A stretch of 61,984 nucleotides of DNA, counting the filler. It is 5 parts of 5 records of this genome, joined end to end, with 100 filler letters (N's around TTAATTAATTAA, not from the genome) between each part and the next. Parts side by side here need not be neighbours in the genome. Positions count along the whole stretch, not along the records: positions 51,152 to 61,984 come from DRR723986_8796; 4 more parts are not named here. One strand, 5' to 3'. The notes beneath the pieces were generated by a model. The model saw only the letters and a list, made by a program, of their open reading frames with translations. It was not told where the DNA came from and searched no databases. Of this stretch, positions 58,949-61,984 are shown in pieces. Every line of letters starts with the position of its first letter. Positions within the stretch are counted from its first letter, which is position 1. Position numbers and translations under genes: made by a program.

Positions 58949-61888
58949 ATGCGCCACAACCCGGTACTTCTTCGCCCCATGTCGATTATGATACCGGATC
59001 CGAAAACAAGCGTGATCAGAAACCTTGTCATTGCTCTGACGTTGTTTGCAACGTTGCTTGCCACCCTGCCTGCGCGGGCGCTGGAGCCGATCCCTGTTCC
59101 GATCGACGTCGAAGCACTGGACATCACCAATTCCGTCGACCTGCATCGCGAAGCCGGCACCCGGCTGCAGGTGTCGACCGCACCGGGTGCGGACGGCATC
59201 GTGCGCCGTATCGAGGTTCCCTCCCGCGATGGTACCAACACCAACTGGGCGGTGTTTGCGCTGGCCAACACCAGCGATGAACAGATCGACCGCCTGATCG
59301 TTGCGCCAAATTACAAGCTGGTCGGCTCCGACCTGTTCTGGCCGGATCTCGGTTCCTCGCGCATTCTGGCGATCACGCCAAGCCAGGGCATCGCTCCCGA
59401 ACGTCAGAAAAGCCTTGAGGCAGACGTCTTCCTGGTCACGCTCGATCCGGGGTCGATCGTCACCTTCGTCGCGGAAATGACAACGCCGAACCTGCCGGAA
59501 ATCCGGATCTGGGAACCGGACGTCTACGAGGAAACCGTCAACGCCTACACGCTCTACCGTGGCATCATTCTGGGCATCTCCGGCCTGCTGGCCCTGTTCC
59601 TCACCATCTTGTTCGTGGTCAAGGGCACGGTCATGTTCCCGGCCACCGCGGCACTTGCCTGGTCGGTGCTGGCCTATCTGTGCATCGATTTCGGCTTCTG
59701 GGGCATGGTGTTCAATCTGGAGGGTGGCGGCAGCCAGCTTGCGCGCGCCTGCGCCGAGGTCATGCTCGCGGCCAGCTTGATCATCTTCCTGTACGCCTAC
59801 CTGAACCTCAACCGCTGGAACATTCATTATTCCCATCTGGCGCTGACGACGCTGATCCTGATCCTGGGTCTGCTTGGCGTTGCCGTTTGGGATCCTTCGA
59901 TTGCAGCCGGCATCGCCCGTCTTGCGCTGGCCATCATTGGCTTGCTCGGGTTCGTCACCATCGCGGTGCTGGCCTTCCAGCACTATGACCGCGCCATCCT
60001 GCTGATCCCGACCTGGTGCCTGCTGATGGCCTGGCTGGTCGGGGCGGCGATGACCGTAACCGGCTATCTGTCCAACGACATCGTCCAGCCCGCGCTCGGC
60101 GGTGGTCTGGTTCTCATCGTGCTGCTGATCGGCTTCACGGTGATGCAGCACGCCTTTGCCGGCGGTGCGATTGCGCAGGGGCTTATCTCCGATGTCGAAC
60201 GCAAGGCACTGGCCCTGACCGGTGCCGGTGACATCATCTGGGACTGGGACATCGACCGCGACCGCATCTACACGGGCAACGAGGTTGAAGATCTGCTCAA
60301 CCTGAAGCGTGGCACCCTGGAAGGGCCTGCGCGTGACTGGCTGGACATCCTGCATCCCCAGGACCGTGACCGGTTCCGGGCGACGCTCGACGCGGTCATC
60401 GATCAGCGTCGCGGCAAGGTAACCCAAACCTTCCGTCTGCGCTCAGAAGACGGTCACTTCCGCTGGTTCCGCCTGCGGGCCCGGCCGATCATCGGATCGG
60501 ACGGCGAGGTGATTCGATGCGTGGGCACGCTCCTGGATGTGACCGAGGAACGCACGGCAGAAGAACGCCTTCTGCACGATGCCGTCCACGACAATCTGAC
60601 CGGTCTGCCGAACCGCGAACTCTTCGTCGACCGCTTGCGCACCAGCGTCATCCGGTCGCGTGCGGAAGAAACCTCCAAGCCGACCTTGCTCGTGCTCAAT
60701 CTTGATCGCTTCAAGCAGGTCAACGACAGCATTGGCCTGTCTGCCGGCGACAGCATTCTCTTGACGGTGGCACGTCGTCTCGGCCGACTGATCGGCCAGC
60801 AGGACACGCTGGGACGTCTTTCCGGCGACCAGTACGGCCTTGTTCTCCTGTCCGAGCAGGAGCCGGACCGGATTGTTGCGCTGGCGGATTCGCTGCGCAA
60901 GGCGGTCCGCGCACCGATCACCTTCGGCGACCGGGAGATCTTTCTGACCTGCTCCGTCGGCATTGCCTTCTTCGAAGGTGGCAAACAGGCAGTCGAGGAC
61001 ATGGTCACAAATGCGGAGATCGCCCTTAATCACGCCAAGCGCCTGGGTGGTGACCGCCAGGAAGTGTTCCGTCCGATCTTGCGCCCGCTCGACAAGAACA
61101 TCGTCGATCTGGAAGCCGACCTGCGCGAAGCGATCAAGAAAGAAACGCTGGGTGTCTACTTCCAGCCGATCATCCGGTTGGAAGACCAGGCGGTTGCCGG
61201 CTTCGAAGTACTGGCACGCTGGAACCACGCCAAGCGCGGCAAGATTTCACCTTCGGAATTCATTCCCGTCGCAGAGCAGTCCGGTCTCATCAACGAACTG
61301 GGCATCTACATGCTCGACAAGGGCGCACAGCAGCTGGCGTTCTGGCAACGCGAGTTCCCAATGCAGCAGCCTCTGTTCGCTTCGGTGAATCTCTCGTCCC
61401 GTCAACTGTTGAAACAGGACCTGATCAACGATGTGAAGGCCGTTCTGTCGAGAACATCGCTGGCACCGGGAACCTTGAAGCTGGAACTGACGGAATCACT
61501 CGTCATGTCCAACCCGGAATATTCCGCAAAAGTGCTCGAGCGCCTTCGCGGGCTGGGGGCAGGCCTGTCCCTCGACGACTTCGGCACCGGCCATTCCTCG
61601 TTGTCCTATCTGCAGCGGTTTCCGTTCGACACGATCAAGATCGACCAGTCCTTCGTGAAACCGAACGGGTCTTCCGCCCGGCCGGTCCTGCTCAGGACAA
61701 TCGTTGCCATGGGGCATGACCTTGGCATGTCTGTCGTTGCCGAAGGAGCGGAGAGCGAAAACGATGCGCTGGAGCTCTACCAGCTCGGCTGCGAATACGC
61801 TCAAGGCTTCTACTTCGGCGAGGCCGTCACGGCAGCGGAAGCCACCAAGATCCTGCGCAAGATGCCGGCGGAAGCCGAAACGGCCTGA
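58949..61888 (+). CDS. Multi-TM sensor-PAS-GGDEF(degenerate)-EAL protein
   Basis: Periplasmic region, about 7 TM helices, PAS (WDWD..LHPQDR), SGDQY, EVLARW and DDFGTGHSSL. Start uncertain (58949-58988). Confidence 0.9.
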   Translation: MRHNPVLLRPMSIMIPDPKTSVIRNLVIALTLFATLLATLPARALEPIPVPIDVEALDITNSVDLHREAGTRLQVSTAPGADGIVRRIEVPSRDGTNTNWAVFALANTSDEQIDRLIVAPNYKLVGSDLFWPDLGSSRILAITPSQGIAPERQKSLEADVFLVTLDPGSIVTFVAEMTTPNLPEIRIWEPDVYEETVNAYTLYRGIILGISGLLALFLTILFVVKGTVMFPATAALAWSVLAYLCIDFGFWGMVFNLEGGGSQLARACAEVMLAASLIIFLYAYLNLNRWNIHYSHLALTTLILILGLLGVAVWDPSIAAGIARLALAIIGLLGFVTIAVLAFQHYDRAILLIPTWCLLMAWLVGAAMTVTGYLSNDIVQPALGGGLVLIVLLIGFTVMQHAFAGGAIAQGLISDVERKALALTGAGDIIWDWDIDRDRIYTGNEVEDLLNLKRGTLEGPARDWLDILHPQDRDRFRATLDAVIDQRRGKVTQTFRLRSEDGHFRWFRLRARPIIGSDGEVIRCVGTLLDVTEERTAEERLLHDAVHDNLTGLPNRELFVDRLRTSVIRSRAEETSKPTLLVLNLDRFKQVNDSIGLSAGDSILLTVARRLGRLIGQQDTLGRLSGDQYGLVLLSEQEPDRIVALADSLRKAVRAPITFGDREIFLTCSVGIAFFEGGKQAVEDMVTNAEIALNHAKRLGGDRQEVFRPILRPLDKNIVDLEADLREAIKKETLGVYFQPIIRLEDQAVAGFEVLARWNHAKRGKISPSEFIPVAEQSGLINELGIYMLDKGAQQLAFWQREFPMQQPLFASVNLSSRQLLKQDLINDVKAVLSRTSLAPGTLKLELTESLVMSNPEYSAKVLERLRGLGAGLSLDDFGTGHSSLSYLQRFPFDTIKIDQSFVKPNGSSARPVLLRTIVAMGHDLGMSVVAEGAESENDALELYQLGCEYAQGFYFGEAVTAAEATKILRKMPAEAETA

Positions 61889-61958
61889 CATTGGCCGGCA
61901 TCTTTCGTGCCGGCTGATCTTGCGTCAGGGGCTCTGACAGCAGTTTCCCACACCCTTC

Positions 61959-61984
61959 GTCATGCCATGGCTCGACCATGGCAT
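61959..61984. repeat. REP/RIME-like palindrome at window end
   Basis: GTC-ATGCCATGG-CTCGA-CCATGGCAT; near reverse complement of the 29171 copy. Confidence 0.8.

Overview
The window is not one locus. It is five contigs joined by artificial 100-nt N/TTAATTAATTAA linkers (10381-10480, 29194-29293, 38166-38265, 51052-51151), probably from at least three organisms (taxonomy inferred from protein style and repeats). Contig 1 (1-10380) is a GC-rich alphaproteobacterium, Hyphomonas/Caulobacterales-like: serC, TauD, lipid and redox enzymes, a TetR-controlled detox-like cluster and an actinobacterial-type asd. Contigs 2, 3 and 5 look Roseibium/Labrenzia-like and share one REP-like repeat. They carry gpt, an L,D-transpeptidase, sfsA, trkH, the NAGGN osmolyte operon with a divergent CosR/EctR-type MarR regulator, two divergent phn-type ABC operons, an orphan LysR-GMC-ALDH-enolase catabolic cluster, glcB, the coxC-surf1-thrC region and three GGDEF-EAL proteins. 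Contig 4 (38266-51051) is lower-GC and planctomycete-like: GTAG-REPs, PP2C, antiporter, Dps, a Rieske-ThDP enzyme fusion, a 1074-aa unknown exported protein and a sulfatase. Top candidates: (1) a heavy-metal-associated (HMA) lipoprotein missed by the ORF track, with an in-frame UGA in its MH-U-xx-C motif followed by a SECIS-like hairpin (probable selenoprotein, 50548-50901, minus); (2) an unassigned multi-stem, pseudoknotted RNA-like element with an alternative fold after surf1 (52858-53068); (3) a triple CosR/EctR-like operator at the NAGGN operon.
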